64,000 bases of DNA, taken from an uncultured bacterium (lineage in GTDB: Bacteria; Krumholzibacteriota; Krumholzibacteriia; LZORAL124-64-63). The position numbers and the translations under genes are program-made. Shown here piece after piece: positions 54,954 through 64,000 of the stretch (the first letter of the stretch is position 1; the number at the start of each line of letters is the position of its first letter). Location of the stretch: assembly GCA_963732385.1 (NCBI GenBank), contig CAVSZB010000007.1:928001-992000 (forward strand), in the 5' to 3' direction. A model generated the notes under the pieces. That model did no database searches. It was not told the DNA's origin and saw nothing but the letters and a program-made list of their open reading frames with translations.

Positions 54954-56653
54954 GGACGCCGCCCTCCCGAAGACGGGACGCTGTCGACCGGCGCCGGCGC
55001 GGCGGGTGCCACGCCGATCGAATCGGGCATCGCCGGCGCAGCAGTTGCTGCGTCGACCGAATCGGACGGCGCCACAATCAGGACCGCCGACCCGGCTGGC
55101 GGGACCCACGCGGCCACGGTGTCGGCGACATCTGACTCCGGCGACTCCGGCCTGCCGCTTGCGTCGTCATCCGTCGCCACGAGCGCCCGCCGCGTCCGCT
55201 CGGCAAGCAGGAAACCGAGCAGGTCACCCTCCGCTCCGGCACGGACCGTGAAGGCCTGGGGTGTGCGCGGGAACTCCTGCTGCAGTCGCGCGAGCAACGT
55301 CGCCGCGGAGTCAGCCTGGGCGAGGCTGTCGCGATACACAAGGGCGGCCCCGTAAAGGGCGCGCGCGGCGACCGAGCTGTCCCGGGCCGCCAGACCGGCC
55401 ACCTCGAGGTACAGCGCGAGCGCCTGTCGCGGCCGACCGAGCCCGAGCAGGAGCGCATTGGCCTGGTTGAGCTTGAGTGTCGGCTGCCTGTCCTCTTTTG
55501 CCGATGTCAGGGCCAGCTCGGCGGCCTGATAGTCGCGCACGGCCTCCGCCAGACGGCGGGTTTCCAGCGGCTCGTAGAGGACGCCGGAGTTGCGCATCGC
55601 ATCACGGAGCTGCATGGCGGCCTCATCGAGCTTCCACTGCCGCAGATAGATACGCCCCAGCAGGTCGGCCGCGCGCGCGGCGACGATCGGCGTGCGCCAG
55701 TCCTTCGGCATGTTCTCGAGCAGGGGCGTCACCTCCTCCACGCGCCCCTGCGTAATCAGTCCCTCTGCCTCCACGAGCGCCACGTCACCGCGCGACTTGT
55801 AGACCTCGGCCTCTCCGCGCAGCACCGCCATCTCGCGCTCAGCGTCGTCGTGCCGGCCCAGTCGAGTCAGAACCCTCGCCAGCAGCAGTCGCGCGTCGAA
55901 GGCAAGTTCCCGCCGGGTCGTGGCGGCCAGCACGGCCTCGAGGCGTTGTCCGGCCCCCGCGTAGTCCTTCAGTTCGTACAATGTCACGCCCAGCTGGTAA
56001 CCCATGCGGTCCGCATCCGCTCCTTTGGGAAAGTTCTCCAGCCAGTCGCTGAAACCGGTGCGGGCCCCCTCCCAGTCCTTCAGCGCGAACTTGTTCTCGG
56101 CGCTGACCCGCAACGCCTCCGCCCGGAAGCGGCTCTCGGGGAAGCGTGTGCTCAGCCGCTCGATGGCCATGGTGGAGTTCGCGAGATCCCCTACGCCGAG
56201 GTAGTCCAGCGCCTGGATATAGATCGCCTCCTCCTCGTACGGCGTGCGGGGGTAGTTCGCGAACAGGAGATCGATTTTGGCGATCGACATGCGGTAGGCC
56301 GTCAGGCGGTAGTGCGCCTTCGCCATCAGAAACAGCGCGTCATCCATGAGATCGGATCCGGGATATTCGTCCAGAATCTTCTGGGTCTTCTGCAGCGCCA
56401 TCTCGTACTTCGACTTCTGGGAGGCGGTGGCCTGCTCGGCATCGACCCCCGCCTTCAGCTTGTCCTCGCGCTCCTGTTCGGCCTCCCGGAACGTCCTGTT
56501 CGCATTGAAGTAGGTGTTCCAGTGCGCGCAGCCGGCGGCCAGGACAGCGGCCAGAAGCGCAGCCGCGAGGGCCAGGCGCCGGCCACCAGGGAGCCGGTCA
56601 CGTCGTCGCGGGCCACCTTGCGGCATCGCGACCCGCAGCGGATCGAGGCACAT
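54950..56653 (-). CDS. TPR lipoprotein
   Basis: LAAG-C lipobox followed by AHWNTYFNA; YPGSDLMDDALF; repeated TPR helices; start uncertain. Confidence 0.8.
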   Translation of the reverse strand: MCLDPLRVAMPQGGPRRRDRLPGGRRLALAAALLAAVLAAGCAHWNTYFNANRTFREAEQEREDKLKAGVDAEQATASQKSKYEMALQKTQKILDEYPGSDLMDDALFLMAKAHYRLTAYRMSIAKIDLLFANYPRTPYEEEAIYIQALDYLGVGDLANSTMAIERLSTRFPESRFRAEALRVSAENKFALKDWEGARTGFSDWLENFPKGADADRMGYQLGVTLYELKDYAGAGQRLEAVLAATTRRELAFDARLLLARVLTRLGRHDDAEREMAVLRGEAEVYKSRGDVALVEAEGLITQGRVEEVTPLLENMPKDWRTPIVAARAADLLGRIYLRQWKLDEAAMQLRDAMRNSGVLYEPLETRRLAEAVRDYQAAELALTSAKEDRQPTLKLNQANALLLGLGRPRQALALYLEVAGLAARDSSVAARALYGAALVYRDSLAQADSAATLLARLQQEFPRTPQAFTVRAGAEGDLLGFLLAERTRRALVATDDDASGRPESPESDVADTVAAWVPPAGSAVLIVAPSDSVDAATAAPAMPDSIGVAPAAPAPVDSVPSSGGRRP

Positions 56654-56687
56654 GACGTGGACTCTCCGTCCCAGGGGGATGTCGTCT

Positions 56688-58034
56688 TCAGGAACCTTTC
56701 CGCGGCCCCTGGACCATCAGACTACCGTTGGCGTCGTGCCAGGTCAATCGGCCGCGCAGGAAGGTGGCCTTGACCCGCCCGTGGAGACTCTGCCCGGCAA
56801 ACGCCGTATTCCTGCTCTTGGCCAGCAGCGCGCGCGGCTCGACGACCCAGACCTCGTCGGGATCGAACAGCACGAAGTCGGCTTCGTTCCCCTCTTCCAG
56901 GCGCCCCACGGGCAGGTTCATGAGCTGCGCCGGCCGCTCGCTCATCAGGTACACGAGCTGGCCGAGATCGAGCCGGCCCTCCCGCACCAGATAGGTGATC
57001 CCGACCGCCAAAGATGTCTCCAGCCCGATGACACCGAACGGCGCCTGATCGAACTGCAACTCCTTCTCGGTGGCCGTGTGGGGCGCGTGGTCGGTCGAAA
57101 TGCAGTCGAGCACACCGTCGGCCAAAGCCTGCGCCACGGCGGCGACATCCTCGGACTCGCGCAACGGCGGGCTCATCTTGAACAGCGGCGAGTAGCCGCG
57201 GCAGCAGGAATGATCGAGCGCGAAGTGATGCGGCGTCGCCTCGGCGGACACCCGCACGCCCTCCTCCTTCGCCCGCCGCACCAGTTCCACCGAGCCGCGG
57301 GTCGAGACGTGGGCCACATGCAGACGGCTGCCCGTGGCGCGGGCGAGCTCGATGTCACGGCAGGTGCCGGCGTCCTCGGCGGCGCGCGGCAGCCCTTCGA
57401 GGCCGAGGCGCGTGGACCAGTAGCCCTCGTGCATGACGCCGGAGCCGGCCAGGGTGCGGTCTTCCGCATGGGCGATGATCGGCACGTCGAACATCAGGGC
57501 GTACTCGAGGGCGTTGCGCATCAGCGCCCCGTTCGCCACCGCGGCCCCGTCGTCCGTGAAGCCGACCGCCCCCGCATTCACCATCTCGCCGAACTCGGTC
57601 AGGACCTCCCCGGCGCGGCCCACGGTGATGGCGCCGGTGGGATAGACCCGGCAGAGGCCTGTCTCGTTGCCGCGGTCGATGAGGTAACGGACGAGCCCCT
57701 GGTTGTCTATCGCCGGCTGGGTGTTCGGCATCGTCACGACGGCGGTGAATCCGCCGGCGGCGGCCGCACGGCTGCCGGTGGCGACCGTCTCCTTCTCCTC
57801 CTGCCCCGGCTCCCGGAAATGCACGTGCAGATCGACCAGGCCGGGCGCGCAGACGAGCCCCCCGGCGTCGAGCGCAGGCAGCCCCTCGACCGTCGGCGTC
57901 CCCACGCCGGTCGCCTCCACGCGCCCCTTGCGCACGTGCAGAAAGCCCCGCCGTCCGGCCAGCTTGCCGCCGCGGCACAGGCGCGTGTTCGTCACCAGGT
58001 ACTCGGCGGGGATATTATTCCAGTTCCAGTCCAT
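56688..58034 (-). CDS. pyrC: Dihydroorotase
   Basis: PGLVDLHVHFREPG, MPNT, FTDDG, HAED, HVAHVST, EATPHH, KMSPPLR, STDHAPH. Confidence 0.96.
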   Translation of the reverse strand: MDWNWNNIPAEYLVTNTRLCRGGKLAGRRGFLHVRKGRVEATGVGTPTVEGLPALDAGGLVCAPGLVDLHVHFREPGQEEKETVATGSRAAAAGGFTAVVTMPNTQPAIDNQGLVRYLIDRGNETGLCRVYPTGAITVGRAGEVLTEFGEMVNAGAVGFTDDGAAVANGALMRNALEYALMFDVPIIAHAEDRTLAGSGVMHEGYWSTRLGLEGLPRAAEDAGTCRDIELARATGSRLHVAHVSTRGSVELVRRAKEEGVRVSAEATPHHFALDHSCCRGYSPLFKMSPPLRESEDVAAVAQALADGVLDCISTDHAPHTATEKELQFDQAPFGVIGLETSLAVGITYLVREGRLDLGQLVYLMSERPAQLMNLPVGRLEEGNEADFVLFDPDEVWVVEPRALLAKSRNTAFAGQSLHGRVKATFLRGRLTWHDANGSLMVQGPRKGS

Positions 58035-58077
58035 CGTCGGCTCCCTTATTCCCGGACCGGGACACGCCCGGCTGGCG

Positions 58078-59028
58078 CTAGTCCGTTTCGCCACCGCGCA
58101 GCGACCCGGGGTCGCCGCCGGAAAGCAGGTAGATGATCGCCATGCGCACCGCCACGCCATTGGTGACCTGATCGAGGATCACCTGGCGCGGCCCGTCGGC
58201 GACCTCGGAGCTGATCTCCACATCACGGTTCATCGGTCCCGGATGCATGATGAAGCAGTCCGGCTTGAGCAACTGGACGATCTCCTCGGTGATCCCGAAC
58301 ATGCGGTGATATTCCCGGTTGCTGGGGAACACGGCGCGGCTCTGGCGCTCGAGCTGGACACGCAGCACGTTCAGGACGTCCGCGTCGGCCACGGCGCGCC
58401 GAAGGTCGTACTCCATCCGGACCCCGAGCCGCTCCACCTCCGGCGGCATCATCGTCGGCGGCCCGCACACCGTCACGTGAGCGCCCAGCTTGGTCAGGCC
58501 CCAGATGTTCGACCGCGCCACGCGGCTGTGCGCGATGTCGCCGATGATCGTGACCCGGCGCCCGGCCAGATCGCCAAGGCGCTGGCGCATCGTCATGAGA
58601 TCGAGCAGGCCCTGGGTCGGGTGCTCGTGCGCGCCGTCGCCGGCGTTGACGACCGAGCTCCTGAGCACGCGCGCCAGGTAGACCGCCGCCCCCGGCGAGG
58701 CGTGGCGCATGATGATCATGTCGATCTTCATCGCCTCGATGTTCTCGGCGGTATCGCGCAGCGTCTCCCCCTTCTTGAGACTGCTGGTGGAGGCGCTGAA
58801 ATTGACGATGTCCGCAGAGAGCCGCTTCTCGGCCAGCTCGAAGCTGATCCGCGTGCGGGTGCTCGGCTCAAAGAACAGGTTCACCACCGTCCGACCGCGC
58901 ATGATCGGCACCTTGCGCACCGGGCGGTCGAAGATGGCCCGGAACTGCCCCGCCACGTCGAGGATGCCGAGGATCTCTTCGGCCGACAACTCCTCCAGCC
59001 CCAGCAGGTCCTTGCGCTTGAGGATCAT
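58078..59028 (-). CDS. pyrB: Aspartate carbamoyltransferase catalytic subunit
   Basis: FFEPSTRTRISF, KGETL, NAGDG.HEHPTQ, HSRVARS, RVQLER, HPGPMNR. Confidence 0.97.
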   Translation of the reverse strand: MILKRKDLLGLEELSAEEILGILDVAGQFRAIFDRPVRKVPIMRGRTVVNLFFEPSTRTRISFELAEKRLSADIVNFSASTSSLKKGETLRDTAENIEAMKIDMIIMRHASPGAAVYLARVLRSSVVNAGDGAHEHPTQGLLDLMTMRQRLGDLAGRRVTIIGDIAHSRVARSNIWGLTKLGAHVTVCGPPTMMPPEVERLGVRMEYDLRRAVADADVLNVLRVQLERQSRAVFPSNREYHRMFGITEEIVQLLKPDCFIMHPGPMNRDVEISSEVADGPRQVILDQVTNGVAVRMAIIYLLSGGDPGSLRGGETD

Positions 59029-59576
59029 TTCGACTGCACCTCCCCGACCACGACCTCCTGCTTCCCGTCGAAGTCGAGCACCTTGACCTTGATGACTTCG
59101 CGCCCGGCGGTGGGGACATTCTTGCCCACGAAATCGGGGCGGATCGGCAACTCGCGGTGGCCGCGGTCCACCAGGACCGCGAGGCGGATGGCGCGCGGCC
59201 GTCCCCAGTCCATGATCTCGTCGAGGGCTGCGCGCACCGTGCGGCCAGTGTAGAGCACGTCGTCGACCAGGATGACGATCTTGTCCGAGACGTCGAACGG
59301 CACCTCCGTGTGCGCCACCCGCGGGGCCGGCCCCAGGGTCGAGAGGTCGTCGCGGTAGAACGTGATGTCGAGGGCGCCGATCGGCAGCTTGACCCCCTCC
59401 ACCTTGGCGATGACGTCGGCGACCTGCCGCGCCAGCGGCACCCCCCGTCGCTGGATGCCGAGGAAGACAAGCTGGTCCGTCCCCTTGTTGGCCTCGATGA
59501 TTTCATGCGCGATCCGCGTGATCGCCCGCTGCATTTCGCTGCCGTCCATGATGACGGCCTTTTCCACGAAGGTCAT
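59025..59576 (-). CDS. pyrR: Pyrimidine operon attenuator / uracil phosphoribosyltransferase
   Basis: RIAHEI, GIQRRG, LDITFYRDD, LVDDVLYTGRT, VDRGHRELPIRPDFVGKN. Confidence 0.97.
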   Translation of the reverse strand: MTFVEKAVIMDGSEMQRAITRIAHEIIEANKGTDQLVFLGIQRRGVPLARQVADVIAKVEGVKLPIGALDITFYRDDLSTLGPAPRVAHTEVPFDVSDKIVILVDDVLYTGRTVRAALDEIMDWGRPRAIRLAVLVDRGHRELPIRPDFVGKNVPTAGREVIKVKVLDFDGKQEVVVGEVQSK

Positions 59577-59610
59577 GACGCCGCCTCTGCGCTGTGGCCG
59601 CCGCCGGGCA

Positions 59611-59695
59611 ACAAAAAAGGCATGGGCCTGCCATGCCTGAGCCTTGCGTCGACCGTCCCTCCCCTTTTGGGCCTCGCGGGGCCTCATTAAAAGGA
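59611..59695 (-). promoter_or_regulatory. PyrR-binding RNA loop plus intrinsic terminator (attenuator)
   Basis: Minus strand CCTTTTAATGAGGCCCCGCGAGGCCCAAAAGG (cf. CUUUAA..ARUCCNGNGAGGYU..AAAGG), then AGGCATGG-CAGGC-CCATGCCT-TTTTTGTT. Confidence 0.85.
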
Positions 59696-59718
59696 ATGCC
59701 GGGTTCCGGACCGGGGGC

Positions 59719-59747
59719 AAGATAGCAGGCGGCAGGATAGCGGGCAA
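59719..59747 (-). promoter_or_regulatory. sigma70-type promoter of the pyr operon
   Basis: TTGCCC-N17-TATCTT, directly upstream of the PyrR loop. Confidence 0.6.
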
Positions 59748-59781
59748 GGGGGAGATTCCCGGGACAGTACGTTCGTCCCGG

Positions 59782-61128
59782 TCAGGCGCGGGCCTGAAGA
59801 CCTGCCGGGCCGAGCTCGAAGATGGAGCAACCGCAGGCGGCCAGGAACGCGGCGTCGTGCGAGGCGACGACAACCACCGCGTCCGCCGGCGCCGCCCGCA
59901 GCATGCGCGCCACACCGCGGGCTCCCCCTCGATCCAGACCGGCGGTCGGCTCATCGAACAGCAGCAACGGCCGACCGCTGAGCCCGACGAGGGCCACGGC
60001 GAGACGCCGTCGCTCCCCGCTGCTCAGGTCGTGGGGATTGCGCCCGGCCAGCGCCGGCGCCAGGCCGGCGGCCGCCAGCACGCCGTCCACACCGGACGCG
60101 GCGAGCGCCGGATCGAGCGCGATTTCCGCCGCCACGCTCGTCCGCGTGAAGAGATGCTCGGGAAACTGCGGCGCCAGCAGCGCCAGACCGTGTTCGAGAT
60201 CGGGCGCGCCGCGCGCGCAGAGGGCCCGGCCGGCCAGCCGGCAGCACCCCTTGACCGGCGCCCGCAGACCGGCCGCGCACGCCAGCAGGGTGCTCTTGCC
60301 GGCGCCGCTGGCGCCGGTGATGCCGATCCGGTCCCCGGCGCACAGTTGCAGGGAGACGCCGGCGAAACCGCGCGCCCCCTCCGGCCAGCGGCAGGACACG
60401 TTTTCCCAGGCGGCCACAACGGTCGCCACCCCCACCCGGCCGCGTGGAGGCATGCCGGTCGCCTCCGGGTCCGGGAACGGTGGCGCCAGCAGATCCCGCG
60501 CCGGCGCCCGGTCCACCAGGGAAGCCGGAGCGCCGTCGGCCACGATCCGCCCCCCTGCGAGCACTATGAGCCGATCGGCCAGCAGCGCCTCGTCCCGCCG
60601 TTGCGTCGCGAACACGCCCGCCCCGCCGGTGCGGGCGCGCCAGGCGCGCAGCCGCTCCCAGAGCCACCGCGCGTGCGCCTCGTCCTGGAGCGCCGCCGGT
60701 TCGTCGCACAGCAGCAATTCCGGCCCGCCCGCCTCAGCCACCGCGAGCCCGAGGCGCTGCTGCTCGCCGGCCGAAAGCACGCGCGGATCCAGCCCGGCGG
60801 CGCCATCGAGTCCGAACTCCCTCAGCAGCAACGCCGGGTCCAGCCCGGGACGTCCGAGCACGAGTTCCTCGGCAACGGAGGCGCCGACGAGCGGCTCGCC
60901 GGGATCCTGGAACACCAGGCCGCAGCGGGCGCGCAGAGGCGAGCCTTCGCCCGCAAGCCAGCGCAGCAGCGAAGTCTTGCCCGAGCCGTTGGCGCCGGCG
61001 AGCGCGATCCACTCGCCACGCCTGAGGGTCAGGTCGAGATCCCGCAGAAGAGTAACCGGGCCGGCAGCGGTTTCGCGCGTAAGTGACCAGCCGCGCAGCG
61101 CGAGGAGAAGGTCCGGCCGCTCACTCAC
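59782..61128 (-). CDS. Double-domain ABC ATPase (ECF/CbiO-type)
   Basis: GANGSGKT, VFQDP, LSAGEQQR, LCDEP; GASGAGKS, PQFPE, LSSGERRR, FDEPTAGLD, ASHD. Confidence 0.85.
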   Translation of the reverse strand: MSERPDLLLALRGWSLTRETAAGPVTLLRDLDLTLRRGEWIALAGANGSGKTSLLRWLAGEGSPLRARCGLVFQDPGEPLVGASVAEELVLGRPGLDPALLLREFGLDGAAGLDPRVLSAGEQQRLGLAVAEAGGPELLLCDEPAALQDEAHARWLWERLRAWRARTGGAGVFATQRRDEALLADRLIVLAGGRIVADGAPASLVDRAPARDLLAPPFPDPEATGMPPRGRVGVATVVAAWENVSCRWPEGARGFAGVSLQLCAGDRIGITGASGAGKSTLLACAAGLRAPVKGCCRLAGRALCARGAPDLEHGLALLAPQFPEHLFTRTSVAAEIALDPALAASGVDGVLAAAGLAPALAGRNPHDLSSGERRRLAVALVGLSGRPLLLFDEPTAGLDRGGARGVARMLRAAPADAVVVVASHDAAFLAACGCSIFELGPAGLQARA

Positions 61129-61825
61129 CCCGCAACTCGCCCAGGGCCCGGCGTGCCTTGTCCGCCCAGCCCGAGGTGGTGTCCAGACGGAGATAGGCCT
61201 CCCACGCGGCGATCGCCTCCGTCCGCCGCCCGGCCTCCTGCAGGCTGAGCGCGAGACTGTACGTTCCTTCGCGATGGCCGGGCACGACCCCCACGAGATT
61301 CCGGAAGACGACGGCGGCCGCCGCGAAACGGGCCTGGTGGAAAAGGCAGTTGCCGTGAGCGAAGAGGAGGTCGGCGTCGCGCGGGCTCGCCCCAGCCAGC
61401 GCGCGCAGCTGCGGCTCCGCACGATCGTACAGGCCGCGTTTCAGCCAGACCAGCGCGAGGTTATAACGCGCCTCCCCGAAGTCGGGTGCGACTGAGAGCG
61501 CATTCGTGAAGGCGGTCTCCGCCTCCTCGAGACGGCCCCGATCGAACGCGGCCACTCCACGGTTGTAGGCGTCGATAGCCGGTCCGCTCCGCGGCACGGG
61601 AGTGATGTTGCCGTCGCGCGCCATTTCCCGCGTCACCGGGGACGGCGCAGACGTTACGATCCGCGGGTCGCGGCGAGCGCAACCGCCGGCAAGCAGCGCC
61701 GCCGCCACGCAGCCGGCCACCAGCCGCCGCGCCAGCGCGCCGTCGCCAACAAGGCGGCTCCCCGACCGGAGTCGGGGAGCCGCGGAGATGCGTCTGAACC
61801 GCCGCACGCGCGCCTCCGTGGCCAC
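61121..61825 (-). CDS. TPR lipoprotein
   Basis: LLAGG-C lipobox; AYNRG, EARYNLAL, LFAHGNCL, YSLALSL; start uncertain. Confidence 0.75.
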   Translation of the reverse strand: MATEARVRRFRRISAAPRLRSGSRLVGDGALARRLVAGCVAAALLAGGCARRDPRIVTSAPSPVTREMARDGNITPVPRSGPAIDAYNRGVAAFDRGRLEEAETAFTNALSVAPDFGEARYNLALVWLKRGLYDRAEPQLRALAGASPRDADLLFAHGNCLFHQARFAAAAVVFRNLVGVVPGHREGTYSLALSLQEAGRRTEAIAAWEAYLRLDTTSGWADKARRALGELRGE

Positions 61826-61854
61826 GCGCCCGCCCGGGGCGGGCCGCGCCCCCG

Positions 61855-62703
61855 CTACCTGAAGTGGTCGAACAGTTCGTTCAGATCCCGGTAATGACCG
61901 GCGCGCTGTTCGAGATCCACGAGCCGGTCCTGCATGGACGGCCGGCCGGTCTCGTAGAATATCCCGGTCCAAAGAGCCTGGTCGTCGAGCGCGAACCGCA
62001 TCGCCTCGAGACGGTTCGACGTGTCGTGTTCGGGCGGGATCTCCTTCACCAGGTCGTTGAACGTCTTGAAGGTGACATCCTTGTTGAAGGTCACGCAGGG
62101 CGAGAAGATGTGCACCATCGAGAAGCCCTTGTGACGGATCGCCTTCGTGAACAACTCCTTCAACTGCTTCGGCTTGCCCGAGAACCCGCGCGCCACGAAG
62201 GAGGCGTTGTACGCGAGATACATGGCCATCGGGTTGAGCGGCTCCTCGACATAGCCGTACGGGGCGGTCTTGCTGGACATCGGCAACGGTGATGTCGGCG
62301 ACGACTGTCCCTTCGTCAGGCCGTAGATGGAGTTGTCGAGCAGGATGTAGGTCAGGTCGACGTTCTTGCGCGCGACGTGCGCGATGTGGCCTCCGCCGAT
62401 GCCCAATCCGTCGCCATCGCCTCCGACCGCGAAAATGTTCAGGTGGGGGCTGGCCATCTTCATGCCGGCCGCCGTGGGGAGCGCGCGCCCGTGCACGCCG
62501 TGAAACCCGTACGTCTTGCAGAAATACGGGAAGCGGCCCGAGCAGCCGATGCCCGAAACGATGACCGTGTTCTTCGGTTCGATGCCGCACTCCACGAGCG
62601 CCTGATAGAACGGATTGAGCGCGCCGTAGTCTCCGCAGCCGGGACACCAGATCGGCTTGAGATCGGCCTTATAGCTGGCGACGGTCAATTCCGTCGTGCT
62701 CAT
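61855..62703 (-). CDS. korB: 2-oxoacid:ferredoxin oxidoreductase beta subunit
   Basis: WCPGCGDY, VSGIGCS, HGRALP, GGDGD, DNSIYGLTKGQ, SPCVTFN. Confidence 0.95.
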   Translation of the reverse strand: MSTTELTVASYKADLKPIWCPGCGDYGALNPFYQALVECGIEPKNTVIVSGIGCSGRFPYFCKTYGFHGVHGRALPTAAGMKMASPHLNIFAVGGDGDGLGIGGGHIAHVARKNVDLTYILLDNSIYGLTKGQSSPTSPLPMSSKTAPYGYVEEPLNPMAMYLAYNASFVARGFSGKPKQLKELFTKAIRHKGFSMVHIFSPCVTFNKDVTFKTFNDLVKEIPPEHDTSNRLEAMRFALDDQALWTGIFYETGRPSMQDRLVDLEQRAGHYRDLNELFDHFR

Positions 62704-64000
62704 ATCGCCTCCTTGAGGGACGCATAAAGTTCTTCAGACGTGAACGGAATGCCATCGTACTTGTGAATCTCGATCGGATGGATGCCGAACTTCCCCTTCA
62801 GGAAATGGGCGTACTGGCCGGTGAAGTTCTCCTCGGCCACGATGATCTTCTTGAGGGGGCCGAGGAAGCGACGGATACCCCATTCGCGCAGCGGCGAGAG
62901 CACGCGGGGGTGCAGATGCGCGATATGGATGCCGTCTTTGCGGGCCAGCATCTCCACCGCCTCTTGCAGGGCGCCAAACGTGCTGCCCCACCCGATGACC
63001 CCGATCTCGGCACCCTCGGGCATGTGCTCCTCCACCGGCAGCTGCATCACCGCGTCGCCCAGAGTCTTCAGCTTGAGAAAGCGCTTCTCGGTCATTTTCA
63101 TGTGCATCTCGGGGGTATAGTTGGGGTCCCCCTTCTCGTTGTGCTCGAGACCGGTGCCCATATAGATGAGATCGTCCTCGCCCGGCACCGGCATCGGCGA
63201 CACGCCGTTGGGCGTGAAGGCGTAGCGCCGGAAGGTTTCGCTGGTGGCCCCCGGCTCGGGGCGCTTGCGGCGCGCCTGCTCGAATTGAGCCAGGTCGGGA
63301 CGGTCGATGTTATTGGTGCTGTAGGCCAGGCACATGTCGGTCAGCACGATCACCGGCATCTGGTAGCGCTCCGCGATGCGGAAGGCGCGCATCGTCTGGT
63401 AGAAGGCGTCCTCCACCGAGAGCGGCGCGATGATGCAGCGCGGCGACTCGCCGCTGGTGCCGTAGATCGCGAACTTCAGGTCCGACTGCTCGGTCTTGGT
63501 CGGCATGCCGGTGGACGGACCGGCGCGCTGCACGTTGATGATCACGACCGGCGTTTCGGCCATCGCGGCCAGATTGAGCGTCTCGCTCATAAGCGAGAGG
63601 CCGGGACCGGAGGTCGCCGTCATCGCGCGCTTGCCGGTGAAGGAGGCGCCGATCACCGAGGCTAGCGACGCGATCTCGTCCTCCATCTGCACCGCCACGC
63701 CGCCGAACTTCGGCAGCTCCTTGCAGAGCATTTCGAACACCGGCGTGGCCGGCGTGATGGGATAGCCGCCGATGAACTCGCAGCCCGCGGCGATGGCTCC
63801 CAGGGCCACGGCTTCGTTGCCGTTGATCAGGATCTGGTCGCGATCCGGCTGGAGACGGAAGTGCCTCTGCCACTTCTGGAGGTGCTGCGCCGCGTACGCC
63901 AGGCCGGCATCGACCGCGCGGATGTTCTTGACGACGACCTCGTCGCCCTTGCGGGCGAAGAACGCCTTGGTGAGCGTGTGGGCGTAGGAAACCGGCACGT
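62700..64000 (-). CDS. korA: 2-oxoacid:ferredoxin oxidoreductase alpha subunit (5' end beyond the window)
   Basis: NGNEA, GYPITPA, QMEDEI, TATSGPG, QRAGPSTGMPTKTEQSD, GWGST. Confidence 0.95.
   Translation of the reverse strand, partial: VPVSYAHTLTKAFFARKGDEVVVKNIRAVDAGLAYAAQHLQKWQRHFRLQPDRDQILINGNEAVALGAIAAGCEFIGGYPITPATPVFEMLCKELPKFGGVAVQMEDEIASLASVIGASFTGKRAMTATSGPGLSLMSETLNLAAMAETPVVIINVQRAGPSTGMPTKTEQSDLKFAIYGTSGESPRCIIAPLSVEDAFYQTMRAFRIAERYQMPVIVLTDMCLAYSTNNIDRPDLAQFEQARRKRPEPGATSETFRRYAFTPNGVSPMPVPGEDDLIYMGTGLEHNEKGDPNYTPEMHMKMTEKRFLKLKTLGDAVMQLPVEEHMPEGAEIGVIGWGSTFGALQEAVEMLARKDGIHIAHLHPRVLSPLREWGIRRFLGPLKKIIVAEENFTGQYAHFLKGKFGIHPIEIHKYDGIPFTSEELYASLKEAI

Overview
A 64 kb stretch of a high-GC bacterial chromosome. 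It is densely coding (about 55 CDS), mostly housekeeping, and has no visible CRISPR array, integrase, transposase or prophage. Beta-barrel proteins and lipoproteins indicate a diderm cell; a 2-oxoacid:ferredoxin oxidoreductase and several Fe-S enzymes suggest anaerobic capacity; I cannot assign taxonomy reliably. From left to right: an outer-membrane barrel; an AmmeMemoRadiSam operon (AmrS with a Tat-like leader and an extra CxxCH, a signal-bearing AmrB-AmrA fusion, and a membrane spermidine-synthase-like protein); tRNA-Lys, nth, ssb, tRNA-His/Arg/Pro; the minus-strand smpB-amidase-GerMN-murI-rph-rdgB operon; tRNA-Leu; an AlkP-family protein; a degenerate CHAT protein; suhB and lpdD-like; a PDZ-TM-GAF-PP2C sensor plus a TPR protein; an archaeal-type GAPDH-like protein, HNH nuclease, 5'-nucleotidase and GT2-TPR; trmH-like, DUF116 and UbiA-family genes; add; an OMP; ahcY and sahR-like; a pduS-pduT-glcD/E-glcF operon divergent from etfBA, with fabK-like and FadF/EMO-like genes nearby; a degenerate NeuA; a CoA-binding protein, ugd, rmlC-like, degT-like and degenerate hemC; the pyr operon with a PyrR attenuator; an ECF-type ATPase; a TPR lipoprotein; and korB plus partial korA. 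The best candidates for undescribed biology are (1) the PduS/PduT shell-redox pair linked to a fused glycolate/lactate-type dehydrogenase and ETF, with no BMC-H/BMC-P genes in the window; (2) a structured ~175-nt leader of the adenosine deaminase gene (three-way junction, possible loop-loop pairing) that does not match the known purine riboswitch core; (3) the apparently exported AmmeMemoRadiSam system; and (4) several intact but catalytically degenerate enzymes (HemC, CHAT, NeuA). All calls come from motif recognition by eye; no database searches were run.
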